Shown piece by piece: positions 1-13,758 of a stretch of DNA of 64,000 nt. Each line of letters starts with the position of its first letter. Within the stretch, counting starts at the first letter, position 1. Where the stretch lies: assembly GCF_006345805.1 (NCBI RefSeq), contig NC_043004.1:87482001-87546000 (forward strand), given 5' to 3'. The notes below the pieces were generated by a model that saw nothing but the letters and a program-made list of their open reading frames with translations, ran no database searches and was not told where the DNA came from. Both the position numbers and the translations under genes were made by a program. The DNA is from Octopus sinensis (taxonomy: Eukaryota).

Positions 1-127
1 TTAGTACATGTCATATCAACGCAAGTCTCATCAACTTAGACAGACTAAATATTTTGTGAGAAGAACTGTTAGATAAGTAGAAGGATTTGTAGAGAGACCT
101 GTCTTGTATATGTGTATCTATGTATAC

Positions 128-220
128 ATTGAATTGAAAAATGATAATGAATTGACAATTAAAGAAGCTGATAAAGGGACCTCAATTATATTGATGAATA
201 ATGAGAATTATAAAAAAATG
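128..220 (+). mobile_element. Short Penelope-like element ORF fragment, paralogous to about 1500-1590
   Basis: Reads KNDNELTIKEADKGTSIILMNNENYKKM, the IK.ADKG..I.M motif just upstream of PLE reverse transcriptases. Nucleotide similarity to 1500-1585 is clear. Confidence 0.7.
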
Positions 221-289
221 TTTTCATCTTATATATATATATAGTTTATGTATGTGTTAATATGAATGTGTATGAATGTTGATTCTATA

Positions 290-608
290 TCATCATCATC
301 ATTGTTTAACGTCCATTTTCCATGCTAGCATGGGTTGGACGGTTCGACCAGGGTCTGGGAAGCCAGAAGGCTGCACCAGGCTCCGGTCTGATCTGGCAGT
401 GTTTCTACAGCTGGATGCCCTTCCTAATGCCAACCACACCGTGAGTGTAGTGGTTGCTTTTTACGTGCCACCGGCACAGGGATCACAACTACAATTTCCA
501 TTGATTTTTGATGTTGCTGTACCTGACTCACAAGGTTTCCTCAAGTACAGAGTTGAAACAGTGTTTCTCTACTTGCCACCTGCACAGGAGTCAGTCCAGC
601 GGCACTAA
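290..608 (-). mobile_element. RTE-type LINE 3' UTR/tail fragment (non-autonomous piece)
   Basis: The minus strand ends in ...GCTAGCATGGAAAATGGACGTTAAAC(AAT/GAT)n. The same tail follows RTE coding remnants at about 23300 and 54020. Segment 292-480 has a close copy at about 14000-14192. Confidence 0.75.
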
Positions 609-1199
609 TGCCATTTGAGCTAAAATAGCAAGAGCTTTACAGTAAAAAAAAAAAAGAGTGTTGTAGTTCAGTGGTTTTGTGAGGACAACTGGGTTTAAAA
701 CTGCCCGACATGAACAAAAAGTTGGGATTAGTAGCATGAAGTTTATCTGGCCTTAGAAAATCTGCCTAGTATGCATAAATGAATGTAAAAGTAATAATGA
801 TGATATATGTGTGTGTGTGTGTTTTACAAGTTAATAGTTTTAGCAAAGGAAATCCATTTTTGTTAAGTCAGCTCTTCTGAATTAGCAAAATTGGAGTTTC
901 TTTGCTAAGTCACTAAATCTGTAAAATAAAATTATTTGCTCTACACTCTACACTTATATTTAACTTTTATAGAGACATGTTAATTTGTTCCTTTTTTTTT
1001 ATTTCCATATTTTCAATGGACATAAAATTACAGAGGCAGTGAGGTGTTATTTTACAGCAAGATGCCTTTGCTATCACTCGCTCTTAACTGTTTTTCACGT
1101 AAGAGATATCTTACTGCATATTTGAAAGTGCAAACCCAGCAGATTATTTGTTAACAAATATAAACAACCAATCCCAATAAATGTTATAAATTTATCAAA

Positions 1200-2280
1200 G
1201 GAGACAGTATACAATAAATCAACATACTAGCAAAAGGAGTAAAATTTACCCCAACCCCGCAGAGATCTAATTATAATGAAATTAAAAATGACATTTCAGA
1301 ATTTTGTAGAAAATAGCAATTCACAGAGAATTATTTGATGAGAATAAACAATGATGAATTTGTTATTAGTAACAACTATCACAAAAAAGTAGGAATAAAA
1401 CTCTTGATGATTTTTGTGACCTCATTTTGAATTTTTCCATAAAGTATAAATAAACAAAAAATTAAGTGAAAATTCAGCACTACTGAATAGGAAAGCATAA
1501 TTGGATTGAGAAATGATAATGAATTGACATATAAAGAAGCTGATAAAAGGAGTGCAAGTATATTGATGGATACTGAGAATTATACATTCTTTTTTTATCT
1601 AAGCAAGCAGACAATATATACTATGAAAAGATTAAAAACTACAACCAGCAAAAACTAATGAAAAATCTTAGTTTTCTTACACTTGTACCGAAAAGAATCC
1701 ATTAAGAATGTAATTATATAACTAATTTTAAATGTAAATCACATCTTTTCTATGGCTTACCAAAAAAGTCACAAAAATAAGATAACTGAAGCATGCAAAA
1801 AATCCCCATGTATATGAATTGTTTTATTACCAGGTGATTTAAAATTACAACCAATAGTTGTAATTTTAAATAGTAGCAGGTCTATTATATGAAACTTGTA
1901 TCTGAGTAATTTTTTTAGACATTTTACTGAAAACATTTTTCAAACACATCAAAAGGTTTATAAGCAATGACCTGATATGTTGAATCACCTTCCAAATATG
2001 GTCAATGAAAAGAATACATTGTATTTTTTGATATAGTGAATTTATATACAAATAGCTCCCATGATTATTGAATAGAAGCAATAAAACAGTAGCTGCAGAA
2101 TTTTGAAGACAAATTACCAGAATAGAACAGAAAAATATAAATAAATGAAAGTTTAGAATTTATTATCTAAAATAACTATTTCCTATTTGATGTAAACTTT
2201 CATCAACATAAATCTAGAACAGTGATGGGAACCAAAGCATCTCAACCTACACAAATTTGGTTATGGGTTACTTGGAGCTT
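1200..2280 (+). mobile_element. Decayed Penelope-like element (PLE) reverse transcriptase region
   Basis: Ordered PLE motifs with stops and frameshifts: AKGVKFTPTP (~1230-1259), KEADK (1533-1547), FYGLPK.HK (~1748-1775), NFLDILLK (~1910-1930), DIVNLYTN (2030-2053), TVMGTKAS and TYTNLVMGYLE (2219-2277). Confidence 0.88.
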
Positions 2281-5200
2281 AAAAAATATGTGACAGGTTT
2301 CAATATCGTGTGGAAGATCCTTGTGAGATACAGGTCTTAAAGAAATGGAAAATGCTTCAGGGTATGTATAATTGAGAAAGAAACACTCAAATACCTTAAT
2401 AAATATGCAAACTTAGCTAAATGACAGATCAGAAATTTTCACTAAATGTTACCACTTTGATAAGTAACTCCTGAAATACTGGAAAATTACACTAACAAAA
2501 TGAACAGATCAAATTTAACTACTATAAAAAACAATCACAATCCAACTATCTTCTTTCTCTTTTTTAACTCATTAAAAGCTGCTCCTAATATCACTGCACA
2601 TTATAACAAACTATTTGATATTTTTAACCTTTCTTGTATATTCATTTCCATATTGTGAAATGGTTCAATATTCGATTATTTACCAGCAGCAATCCATTCT
2701 CTCTATTTACCTCTTCAGTTTTAAACTGCGAATAAATACTCCTGATCTCACAACACTTTATAATACATTCTTTGATACTTTAGACTTCCAACTTCTTAAC
2801 TTTCTATGCTCATTTCAATTTACCAATTCCCTACCTTCTCTATTCATATGTTTTTAAAGTTCTTTACTCAAGAGAAATAACTTACTCTTAATATATGTAA
2901 TGAGCTGCATTCCTTACAACTTTTAAACCCTTATACAAATATATGTCACAGACAAACTGGCTGAGCTTATCTTTTAATGACTGTTTGGCATAAGCTGAGC
3001 ACAAAACTAAATCACAGTGTATTATCACTAACTGACTATATCATATATAAATCCTCATAGCAAGGAAAGATATAATCAAATCTTTAAGGGACATGTTGCA
3101 TTTTCATTATAAATCTAGAACAGATGCTCGTCAAAAAAAAAAGCAATGATATATATATTGGATTAAAAAAATTGTTTTAAGTTTTAGACAAATCTAAAAA
3201 CTACTTTACATTTGGAATATTTCTACATGCAAATTTGTCCAATAATTCTACATGAAAAAAACAAGAAAACAAAAAAACAAACCCAAAAACTATTTCTTAA
3301 TCACATGTCATTGAAGTGTATAAAACTTGAGCTTCCAAAAATTGCATATTGCTTCAAACAGTTTAAACCCTTTTTAGATTTTAATTTCTAAAAATGATTT
3401 AGCAAATGGATTTAAAATATCAAAGTATATTTTAAAAAATCCTTTTAGCTGATGAATTATTTGAAGGTAAAGAATGAACAGAAAAAATTTATGAGTAAAG
3501 GAATTATATCTAACAATACAAATATGAAGAACATTAATACATTCAAATCCTTCTGCTTTAGATTATTTTTTATATTTATTCACACTTTAGCCTGAATATA
3601 ACCTACTTTAAAATAACTGCATATTAGTGAACTATATTGTAGAGGCAGACGATGTTTTGAAGAATATTAAATTGAAAATAAAGTATGACAGATAATCTTC
3701 CGTTATTTCTGAGATATTTGGTGTCAGCTATAGACAAACAGCTTATAAATCTTGGATCTATAACAACTGAATTTATGTCAAGTTTTAAAATGTCAAAATA
3801 AATGCATTTCAATGAAAGCAGCAGCTGCTGGCACCACCATCGCTATCATTTGTTCTGTCTTTCTGAGTTCAACTCCAGTCAGCCTCAATTTTGCCCTTCC
3901 TCCTTTCAGGGTTGATAAATAAAGTACCAGTGCAGGGGTGTGGGCTGGTTGAAGTGTTAAAATGTTGGACAGTATGCTTTACATCATCTATCCTGGTACT
4001 GTATATTCTCAGTTCAAATTCTGCCTATGGAAAAATAGATCCTTTGGAATCCAGCAACAGTGGTAGACATAGCAAGTGCCAATGTATTTTTAGCTTATCA
4101 CTCTCAATAGCAGCATACCAGCTGACAGGAGAGAATGGAAACATTCAAATTCCTGTGTTATCTCTATTTTTTTCAATGCAGCAATTTTACATGAAGATGA
4201 GCCATGACTTCTGTGTAGTGAATTATTCTCAAATTTGACCTAAGCACTTCTAAAAACCTCTTCGCTTTTCTTTTAGAAGACCTCTAAATATTAACCTACC
4301 TTGTAATCATTCATACATTCAGACACACACACACACAACACACACACACACATAATTATGTGATGTGATGGTTTGTATACATACATGTGTGCATGTATAC
4401 ATACTTAGTTATCTACACTCCACCCCCATGCACTTCTACATATGGGAGTGTGTGTAACATTATACTCCTATTTTCAGTTCATCATATGAGTTCACATGTA
4501 GAGTAAACATGTGTTACTGGAAGACCACCTCTGGTTCAAGTGCTATTCAGGTGACATCACTGCATGCACAGCCAGAGTGGACACCACCCTGGTTTGAAGG
4601 AGAATAAGCATGTCCAGTGTAGAGAAATCTGTTGAACAGTATGAAGTAATGATATTAATCAAACTGATTCTACAATAGTTACTATATACAGTCTGATCAC
4701 TTTTGTTGAAAAATGAATTACTCCAGTAATGTGGAACACTTTCAGTATTTCATGCAATAAATAAATGTTCATTCATTCATAACTGTTCTGGTTAATTCTA
4801 GGATGGTAAATATTTCCAAATATGTGAAGTCAAATGAATAATTTAACAAAATGCTTGACATCTGATACATAATGTAATCAAGGCTGACAATTTTTACATT
4901 ATAAGTCATTAACCATTTATCTAGCTTTCTTTAAAACCCCAAATTATCACCAAAAATACCTACAAAATGATATGCAATATTTGAATAATAGATTGTTTCT
5001 ATCACAAGAGAAAGATTTAACCTTAGTTTGAGCTTTTAGTTACACTGACTCCATAGGTGGTTTCATCTACAATATTATAACATAAAATATATATCATAAC
5101 ACTCTGTCCTAATAGATTTATTGACTACCAGGAGAAAGTAACAGAGTTACATGCTTATTATTTTGTGTGATTGAAATTAATTTGAAAAGTAATTTCCAAC

Positions 5201-6074
5201 AATAAATCTATAAACAGAAAAACAATCATAAAATATATATAGAAAGCAAAATGCATATAAAACAAAAATTGTCTGGAAATTTTCATAACAAGTGATGTAA
5301 TTCTATAAAAGTTGTAGAAATATAAAAATGTTATACATCATGAAGGATAAGCCTTGACTATTCTATTATGATTTACACCTCTTTTTAGAATAAATGTAGT
5401 AACTGTTACACTCACAGGAGAGGAAGTGATATGTTACACAGAAAATTATTTTTAAGTTTGCAGACAATATTGATTGTATAAATACTTTTGAAATAATTCT
5501 TTATCTCACAGCAAACATATTTTTTTCTGAACATACAATCCATTACGCATGCAGTTTTATAGTGAAATAGAAATGATTTACAGGAACTATAAATAGTTGA
5601 AGAAGTATATTCAGCTCTAGTAAATGTCACAGATTAGATGGTAGTCTCCTGGCAAATGAAATTTGCAACTTACGAGTTTACATTCTTCCAGGTAGAAGAT
5701 ATTACACATCATTTATGGTGGTAATGTGAATGGCCATTTTACACGTCTCTGAATTCAAGTGAATGGTATCATGAATTTAGAGATTCCTTTGAGTTTCAAA
5801 AATAAGTAGCAAATAAAATTATTAGTTTCTTATTTACCCTTTATAATTAGATAATTCTAGTTCAGTTGAAGGAGTGAATATGGTTAAGACCTAACAGAGT
5901 AGGACAAAAGATTTATGCACTTAGATTCATCCCTTCACATTACAAGTTCAAATCAAGTTGAAGCTATTATTTCTTTCTCTCTACAAAAAAGGGGGAGGGT
6001 GGTTAATAAGATGAGTTTGATGAGTGTTTGTGTGTATATTTGTTTATTTTTTTCCTTACTAGCATGAGTTAGAT

Positions 6075-6312
6075 CAGTGGTTCTCATCCAGAGTGCACAT
6101 GACTCTTGGGGGCCCATATATGATTTTGTTAGAATCTATATACAATAAACTGGCTACACTTCTACAATACACAAAATTCTAACATTTTTATACAATTCCT
6201 TATAATATTTAATTATAAAAATATAATAATAGGATTATTTAAACATTGAATGGCTAAAAGGGTCCACTCATGTAAAATAGGAATCAATGTCTAGAGGCAA
6301 AAAATGGTTGCA
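6075..6312. mobile_element. Possible degenerate hAT-type MITE
   Basis: Begins CAGTGGTTCTCA, like hAT/Charlie MITE termini, with GGGGCCCA/GGGTCCA subterminal motifs. The right end is eroded (AAATGGTTG...). Confidence 0.4.
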
Positions 6313-7592
6313 TACCATATTATTGAGACATTGCTTTACAACTGAAGCTTCTCTTCTTAACTACTACCTGTTTTTCAAGAGAAAGACTTTTCTTTTATCC
6401 CAGACAGACATCTGTGAAAACACAGAGCTAGATTTGTTGTCAGAGATGACAACATACTTCAAAAGTTATAGTTCAGTGATTTTTCAAGTGAAGTGCAAAA
6501 TGTAAACACACACACAGTGGTTGTCATAATTTCTGTATTAACAATTTACATGCATGGCATTTGGTAGCCCAAGGCTACTTACCAAGCAACAGAAGTGAAC
6601 CTGCAATCACATGGTTGAGAAACAAACTTCTAAACCATACAGCCATTTATATTTTTGTGTTTGTGCGTGAATGCATGTACACGCACACAGACATACATAC
6701 ATAAATCTTTTTCTTTTCAAGTTATTAGGTCCAAGCATGTTTTGGTTTGCACACAAATATATACATACATATACACCTATACATGGTTGGATGGTTCAAA
6801 ATCTGACATGATGGAGAACTGTGTTCTGCTTCAATGTCTACTTTGGCATGGTTTCTACAGCTGGATATACATTATGCATGTGTGTGTGTGTGTGAGATAT
6901 ATGTAATGTCTGTATATGCACACACACACAAATATTTCATATTCATACAGCATTCATAAAGTATTTCTTTTACTATGTTGTCACTTACGGCTACAGATAT
7001 TTTGATTGTTTTTGAAGAAAACTCTTAGTTTACATGAGCAGTGAAAAGAAAAAAAATTTAGCTTGAAATCTTTGAAGACAAGATGAAAGTACTACTTGAC
7101 AATAATGGACATTTGATGCTAGTTATTTTAGAATAGTTGTGCATCATCCAAAACAAACAAATTCTTAAACTGCAAAATTCCTCTAAAATGCTATCAACAA
7201 TCTCTTGCTTGTAATTTCTGCATAACAGTGAAAATTGTCATTACACAGACATAAACAATAATTGTAAAATATTATTGTAGAATTGCTAATATAAAGAATA
7301 ATGTTAATATATTTTCTGTAATATTACTAATATACAAATAATGTTTTTGTTTTTTTCAGCATACAAAACAAGTTACATTTGTCTGGTATACATTTCAGAA
7401 ATCAATAAATTTAAGAATATACATGAGAGAAAAAAAAAGAAGTTACCCTATAATCATTGCTGATCAGGATTAGCTGTGTACTATGAATTTTTCCTAAGGA
7501 TAAACATTTGTACCTCAGAAGTCTACACAAGTGAAATTAACCCACCAGCATCAAGATTGTTTATTTCCTGTACAAATGTTGTAAAGCTGACT

Positions 7593-7842
7593 TTAACTCT
7601 TTCACTGTGAAATCAAGTTTCATGGTTGTTCTAGTATTGATATTACATGTTTACTAAACAAACAGAATTGGTATTTTCTGCAAGTCACATCACCTCAATA
7701 AACTTCACATATCTCAACAAAAAATTCTTCCAAGCATGACATTTCTCATCAAAAGATAGAATGGGATATACAACCGTTTTCTGCAGTTATGGGTGAGGAA
7801 ATTTTGATTGGATGTATTTGATTTCTGCAGTAAAAGGGTTAA
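7593..7842. mobile_element. TTAA-flanked MITE (piggyBac-like)
   Basis: TTAACTCTTTCACTGTGAAATCAA ... TTGATTTCTGCAGTAAAAGGGTTAA forms an imperfect terminal inverted repeat of about 24 bp with TTAA at both ends. Confidence 0.6.
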
Positions 7843-8502
7843 ATACATACACTTAAAATAATTATAGTCCTTTCAAATAAAAAAATAATTTGTTATCAAT
7901 ATAATTGATGCTGAAAGTAAGGTCCATCATATTTCAATTACAAGTGATGTAAGCATCATTAAAACATAAGAAACTCACATAATCTCTCTCTCTCTCTACA
8001 CACATACATACACTATCTGTATGGTAGATAATATTCCTGTGATATTTTTACTGTGACTGTTCTCTTAAATATGTCGAAGCTTTAATCTTTTTAATCAATC
8101 AAATTAGCAACTTTGTGCCAGACCATTTCTGTTATTTTTATTCTTTTCGTAAATGCTTACTTAAAACTTCTTTTTCCTATATTACCAATTATTTATACAT
8201 TTGGCATATGTTACTAATTATCATTCTCATTACATTAATGCTTAACTTTAAGAAGGATGCTAAACAGCTATCTACATCATAGATCAACAATATTAATTTC
8301 TAAATTTACTAGAAGTAAACTTGTTTAATTAATTTCTATGAATTCAATAATTCTTCACATTCATTTTATATACAATTCCAATTCCCTTATCTTCAAACAC
8401 TGCAAGTCATTTGAATGATGAAGAAGATTGTCATTCACTTGGGCTTGAACCATCAATAAAAAGAAGCCATTATTTAAAAACTTAGAATTTTTGCTCCTAG
8501 AT

Positions 8503-8891
8503 ACAGGCATGGTTGTGTGCTTAAGAAGCTCACTTGGCAACCACTAAGTCTTCAGTTCAGTTCCATTCAGGGGCATCTTGTGCAAGTTTCTTCACTATAG
8601 CTGAGGGCTGACCCATGCCGTATGAGTGAATTTGGGAGACAGAAACTGTGTGGAAGCCCATCACATATATATATGTATGTCTTTGTGTTTGCATCACCCC
8701 ATCACTTGACAACCATAATGGTTTGTTTATATCACCATTAACTTTGTGGTTCAGCAAATAAAACCAATAGAATAAGTAGCAGGCTTGAGAAATAAGTACT
8801 GGAGTCAAGTTGTTCAACTGAACCCTTCAAGGCAGTGCTCAAGCATGTTCGCAGTCCAATGACTGAAACGAGTAACAGCTACAAGATAAAA
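8503..8891 (+). mobile_element. tRNA-derived SINE type A, diverged copy
   Basis: Same head, (TA/TG) linker and body ending ...GACTGAAACGAGTAA as the better copies at 11626-12156 and 37062-37456. Confidence 0.8.
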
Positions 8892-9636
8892 TACATAAAA
8901 AATAATTTTTGTTTTCTTTACAGTTTATCAAAAACAGCATCCCCTCCAACAATCACCATGATTAAGGACCTTGTCACAAAACAATATAGGATATTTTTCT
9001 GATACGTCTTAAAAAATTTTCTTGTGAACCTTTCGAATGTCTCATTCCAGAAGGTCTTCCCATGTTTTGTCAACCTTTATCTATTTAATGTAACTCCCTG
9101 ACTTCACTTCCATTTTGTAGCTTTTCTGTACATCAGACACATGATTCAGTCAGTTATTCCCTTACCAGTGTACTTAGCTTCCTTGCTTTCAAAAACCAAC
9201 ATCTCAGTTCATTTACATTCAGTTTGAGTTTCACAACTTCAAGCATTTACAAGCTTTACTATTATTTCTGATAAGGGCATTTAGTTCTTATAAAGCCAAC
9301 TCCCCATTTTTTAATAGAGACAATAATTCTTTAAATTTCTTCAACCTAAGTTGTTGTTGTTCAGGCTTCATCAAACATACCTAAGATCAAAGGCATTCCA
9401 TCTATGATCACCCTGTCCTTTGTTTCCAGACAGAGTATCTAAGACTTGTATTTTGGAAGGGTCATTATGCTAATAAGAAACACACACACACTGGCATGCA
9501 TTTATTATTGGCATAATCAACCTCCTAACATACAACAAAATCTATTTCAACACAAGAGTTCACATCAAGAATCTTGCAAACTAAATACAGAAACCTAGTA
9601 CGAAAGACTACTTTCTTTAAATTCTCCTTCCATTTT

Positions 9637-9886
9637 TTAACCCCTTTAAAGCAAAAAGCAGATACATCCAATCAAAATTTCATTACCCTTGACTGTGGAA
9701 AGCAGTTTTATATATCAGTTTGTCTTTTGTTGAGGAATGTCATGTTTGAAACAATTTTTTGTTGAGATATCTCAAGTTTATTGAGGCAACATGACTTGCA
9801 GAAAATATCAATTCTATTTTTTTGGTAGATATTTAACATCATTACAAGAATAACAATGAAACTTTATTTCCCATTTAAAGGGTTAA
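9637..9886. mobile_element. TTAA-flanked MITE candidate
   Basis: TTAACCCCTTTAAA ... TTTAAAGGGTTAA inverted termini, 250 bp apart. Confidence 0.5.
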
Positions 9887-10561
9887 GACAATAGGGTCTG
9901 ATTTGTGAGATCTGGTTGCTATTCCAAGCAAGTCAAGTCATCACATACAGGCTCTCTTACCAGTTTGGTAAATGTTACGAAATCAATAATCTTTAGTAAT
10001 AATTCCTTGCATTATTAGTTACAAAAGACCATGTACTACATTGAAATGGTTCATTCGTGTTAGGTTTTTTTTTAACATTCCCAATATATGTTAGAAATAG
10101 TATATTTATGCACGAGTTGTTTCTACAAGATATTCTATCTTAATCCATGAATATGGAGATATTTTTAGGATTATATCTATATTCTGGCACTTCACTTCAA
10201 AATCAAATACTATGGCTGTTTCCAAACAGATTGCAGCTGTAATATGTTTTCATTTCAGTCATTAGGTGAAACAGGTATTGCTGCCAAAGATTGCTGTCTC
10301 TATAGTAAATATGCAGAAACATATTTCCCCACTTATAATCTGCCAAAATTAACAATGAATTCAGTATGTTTTTGCCGCTCCTCCCCTGCACATGCACGCA
10401 CAGACTCATTTATAGGTGCACGGTCAAGTGGTTATGAGTTAGTTTCTCAATCATGAGAACCAGGGCTCGATCCCACTATATGGCCCCTTGGACAAGTGTC
10501 ATCTACCATAACCTTCTTGTTTATGTGTCGGCTTGTACATATAGACAATGCATGTGTGTGT

Positions 10562-10931
10562 CTTTTATTTGTTTCAGTCATGTGACTGTGGCCATGCTGG
10601 AGTACCACCGTTAATCGAGCAAATCAACCCCAGGACTTATTCTTTGTAAGCCTAGTACTTATCCTATCGGTCTCTTTTGCCAAACTGCTAAGTTATGGGG
10701 ACGTAAACACACCAGCATTGGTTGTCAAGTGGTGTTGGGGGGACAAACACAGACACATATATATATATACACACATATATACAACGGGCTTCTTTCAGTT
10801 TCCGTCTACCTAATCCACTCACAAGGCTTTGGTCGGCCCGAGACTATAGTAGAAGACACTTGCCCAAGGAGCCATGCAGTGGGACTGAACCTGGAACCAT
10901 GTGGTTCGTAAGTAAGCTACTTACCACACAG

Positions 10932-10932
<1 letters not shown>
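10562..10932 (-). mobile_element. tRNA-derived SINE type A, adjoining an older SINE head (+, ~10413-10515) and a (TA)n tract
   Basis: Reverse complement of the type A consensus, with pol III B-box-like GGTTCAGTCCC and body ...GAGACCGATAGGATAAGTACTAGGCTTACAAAGAATAAGTCCTGGGG. Confidence 0.9.
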
Positions 10933-10979
<47 letters not shown>

Positions 10980-11625
10980 TAAACACCTTACCTCACACAC
11001 TTTTATAATTTTACTGAGACCAAACTGGAGCATCTTGTAGGTTTAGTTAATTCAGTTTAGTACCTATAAATATATAAGTTTTGCTTCTAGTAAACTGTGG
11101 TTGTCTCTATATGTGTATAGGCCTATGTGTAAATGTGGGTCTATAGGGTGCCAGACTGTGTGTATGCAATAGTCTATATAGCTATGACAGTGTGTATACC
11201 TAAGTGAGTATCAGTGTGTGTATGTATATATCAGTGTGTTACTATGTGTGTTTCTATGTATGTGTCTGCACATATCCATCTGTGTATGTTTAAATGGGGT
11301 GCAGTAATTTACATTAACATATAAAGTTGATACTGAGTTAACACTATCAAGTTTCTCTGACTGAAAATTTATTTGCTTTAGTATAATATTTTGTGCTTGT
11401 GTATATATAATAGATTGTAAGTTTAGAAGCAATGAGAAATAAGAAATGCAAACAAAACTTCCTTTCTTGTTTGTAAGATTTAAAGCATATCATTTCGGTG
11501 GTTGAAAATCAGAGAGTCACTTTGGTGTAATGTTATCATGATTGTTTAAGTTATGATAGTTGTGTAGTCTGAATCAATGGGTGGTTGCCCATCTTTTTCT
11601 GACATGGTATTTTTTTTCTACACAA

Positions 11626-12156
11626 TGCGTAGGAGTGGCTGTGTGGTAAGTAGCTTGTTTACCAACCACACGGTTCCGGGTTCAGTCCCACTGTGTGGCA
11701 CCTTAGGCAAGTGTCTTCTACTATAGCCTCGGGTTGACCAAAGCCTTGTTAGTGAATTTGGTAGACGGAAACTGAAAGAAGCCTGTCGTATATATGTATA
11801 TATATGTGTGTGTGTGTGTGTGTGTTTGTCCTCCCAACATCGCTCGACAACCGTAACTAAGCGGTTCGGCAAAAGAGACCGATAGAATAAGTAGTAGGCT
11901 TACAAAGAATATATATATATCTATATATGTGTGTGTGTGTCTATGTTTCTGTGTCTGTGTTTGTCCTCCCAACATCGCTTGACAACTGATGCTTGTGTGT
12001 TTACGTCACCGTAACTTAGCGGTTCGGCAAAAGTGACCGATAGAATAAGTACTAGGCTTACAAAGAATAAGTCCTGGGGTCGATTTGCTTGACTAAAGGC
12101 AGTGCTCCAGCATGGTCACGGTCAAATGATTGAAACAAGTAAAAGAGTAAAAGAAT
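11626..12156 (+). mobile_element. tRNA-derived SINE type A, young copy with internal partial duplication
   Basis: Head GGAGTGGCTGTGTGGTAAG (A-box-like) and GGTTCAGTCCC (B-box-like), a (TA)(TG) linker, the body present twice (~11820-11910 and ~11955-12070), and tail GTAAAAGAGTAAAAGA. CpGs are retained. Confidence 0.92.
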
Positions 12157-13335
12157 GTATTATGTGTTACTATTAATAGCTACATTTGTATTTGAGATAC
12201 TTTGAAAAAAAGACTTATTTTCATATTTCTTAGTACTTCTAAAATTATGAACTAAATGTAAACAATACACACACATAGAAACAAGTGTGAACTTAGTTGT
12301 ATGTGGGCTTTCTACATTTATACCTCTTGACCTCATCTCAAATACACATCTCTGGCCTTCATGTCATCGTTATTTCTTCTTGAAACTGACATTTACTACA
12401 TACAAGCCCCACCCCATCTACTGCTCATACTGTAAAGTAGTTGTTATTAGGAAGGGCAACCAGCAGTAGAAGCCTTGCCTAAGCAGACACTGGAGAATAA
12501 CACACCAATAAGGCTAGTTGGATCCTATGGAAATCCTGTTGAACTGTCCAATCCAAGCCAGCATGGAATATGGATATAAGCGATGATGATACACACAAAT
12601 ACATATGCATGTGTGTGTGTGTGTGTGTGGTAAGAAAACATTCTATAAAATCTGTATGAATATATAAACATACATACCCCCCCCCTCTCTTAAACACACT
12701 CAGCAACATCACACATATCTACAAGCTGCAATGTTTGTCTGTTTGCTTTGAAACAATATTGCCTTTTCTCAATGAATTTTTAACAAATTTCACAGGGATA
12801 TTCAGTTGCAGCTTGGAATAATGTACAAAGTCCCTTTGAAGTATAAAAAGGTGTAAGTTAGAAGAGAGGAAAATAGAAAAGCTGAAATTTGTAATGGAGT
12901 AATAGCTCACTCATAGCGTTTGTGTGAGGTAAATGCAGTCACATCAAAATCTGCCATTTCCCCTTCAATCTTTCTTTAAGCTCTCTTCAGATTTACCTAA
13001 TGTTCATCCCCCATATATAATTTCTCTTGCCTCCCATATACTTTCTCAGTCATTTTGCATCATACACACACACACAAATATTTATAAAAGTATATATATA
13101 TATGCATATACATACACATATATGTGCGTATGTGTATATGGTATACACACACACATATAATGTATATTTTGTATATACAGCATATATTTGTAATGGAGTC
13201 ATAAAAGCTCCCACTCTCATAATGTTCATCACATTCTTTGCCTGTTCCTTTATTATTCACAATGTTCCATCTCTCATTTCTTCATTACCTGTACTGATTG
13301 CACCATCCTCCTCACTAGCCATTTTCCCTTCAACT

Positions 13336-13339
<4 letters not shown>

Positions 13340-13408
<69 letters not shown>
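13340..13408. repeat. (TA)n microsatellite
   Basis: Direct reading. Confidence 0.95.
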
Positions 13409-13409
<1 letters not shown>

Positions 13410-13716
13410 CACCATGATCACCATGACCGACAAGGCTATCAGATGTTGCTACATATCGCTGGTCATAATGCGCTTCGCATTGTTTTAGCCTTCAAATAAC
13501 GCCACCCTGCTGGCTAAGCGAGCAGGCCAACAGAAGAAAGAGTGAGAGAAAGCTGTGGCGAAAGAGTACAGCAGGAATCACCACCACCCCCTGCCGGAGC
13601 CGCGTGGAGCTTTAGGTGTTTTTGCTCAAACACTCACAAAGCCCAGTCTGGGAATTGAAACCGCGATCCTACAACCGTGAGTCCGCTGCCCTAACCACTG
13701 GGCCATTGCGCCTCCA
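13408..13716 (-). mobile_element. tRNA-derived SINE type D (different head), inserted in (TA)n
   Basis: The minus strand starts GGAGGCGCAATGGCCCAGTGGTTAGGGCAGCGGACTC...GGTTTCAATTCCC (A and B boxes), has a GC-rich body and a short tandem tail CATGGTGATCATGGTGAT. TA repeats flank both sides. Confidence 0.85.
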
Positions 13717-13717
13717 C

Positions 13718-13758
<41 letters not shown>

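Noticed and set aside
3444-3485. TTTTAGCTGATGAAT...GAAC resembling the 15.3-kb hammerhead
   Set aside because: GAAA is replaced by GAAC, and there is no stem III, NUH triplet or stem I partner.
4420-4780. Possible old SINE/L2-type element ending AATAAATAAATGTTCATTCATTCAT
   Set aside because: The tail is suggestive, but there is no head, coding motif or second copy in the window.
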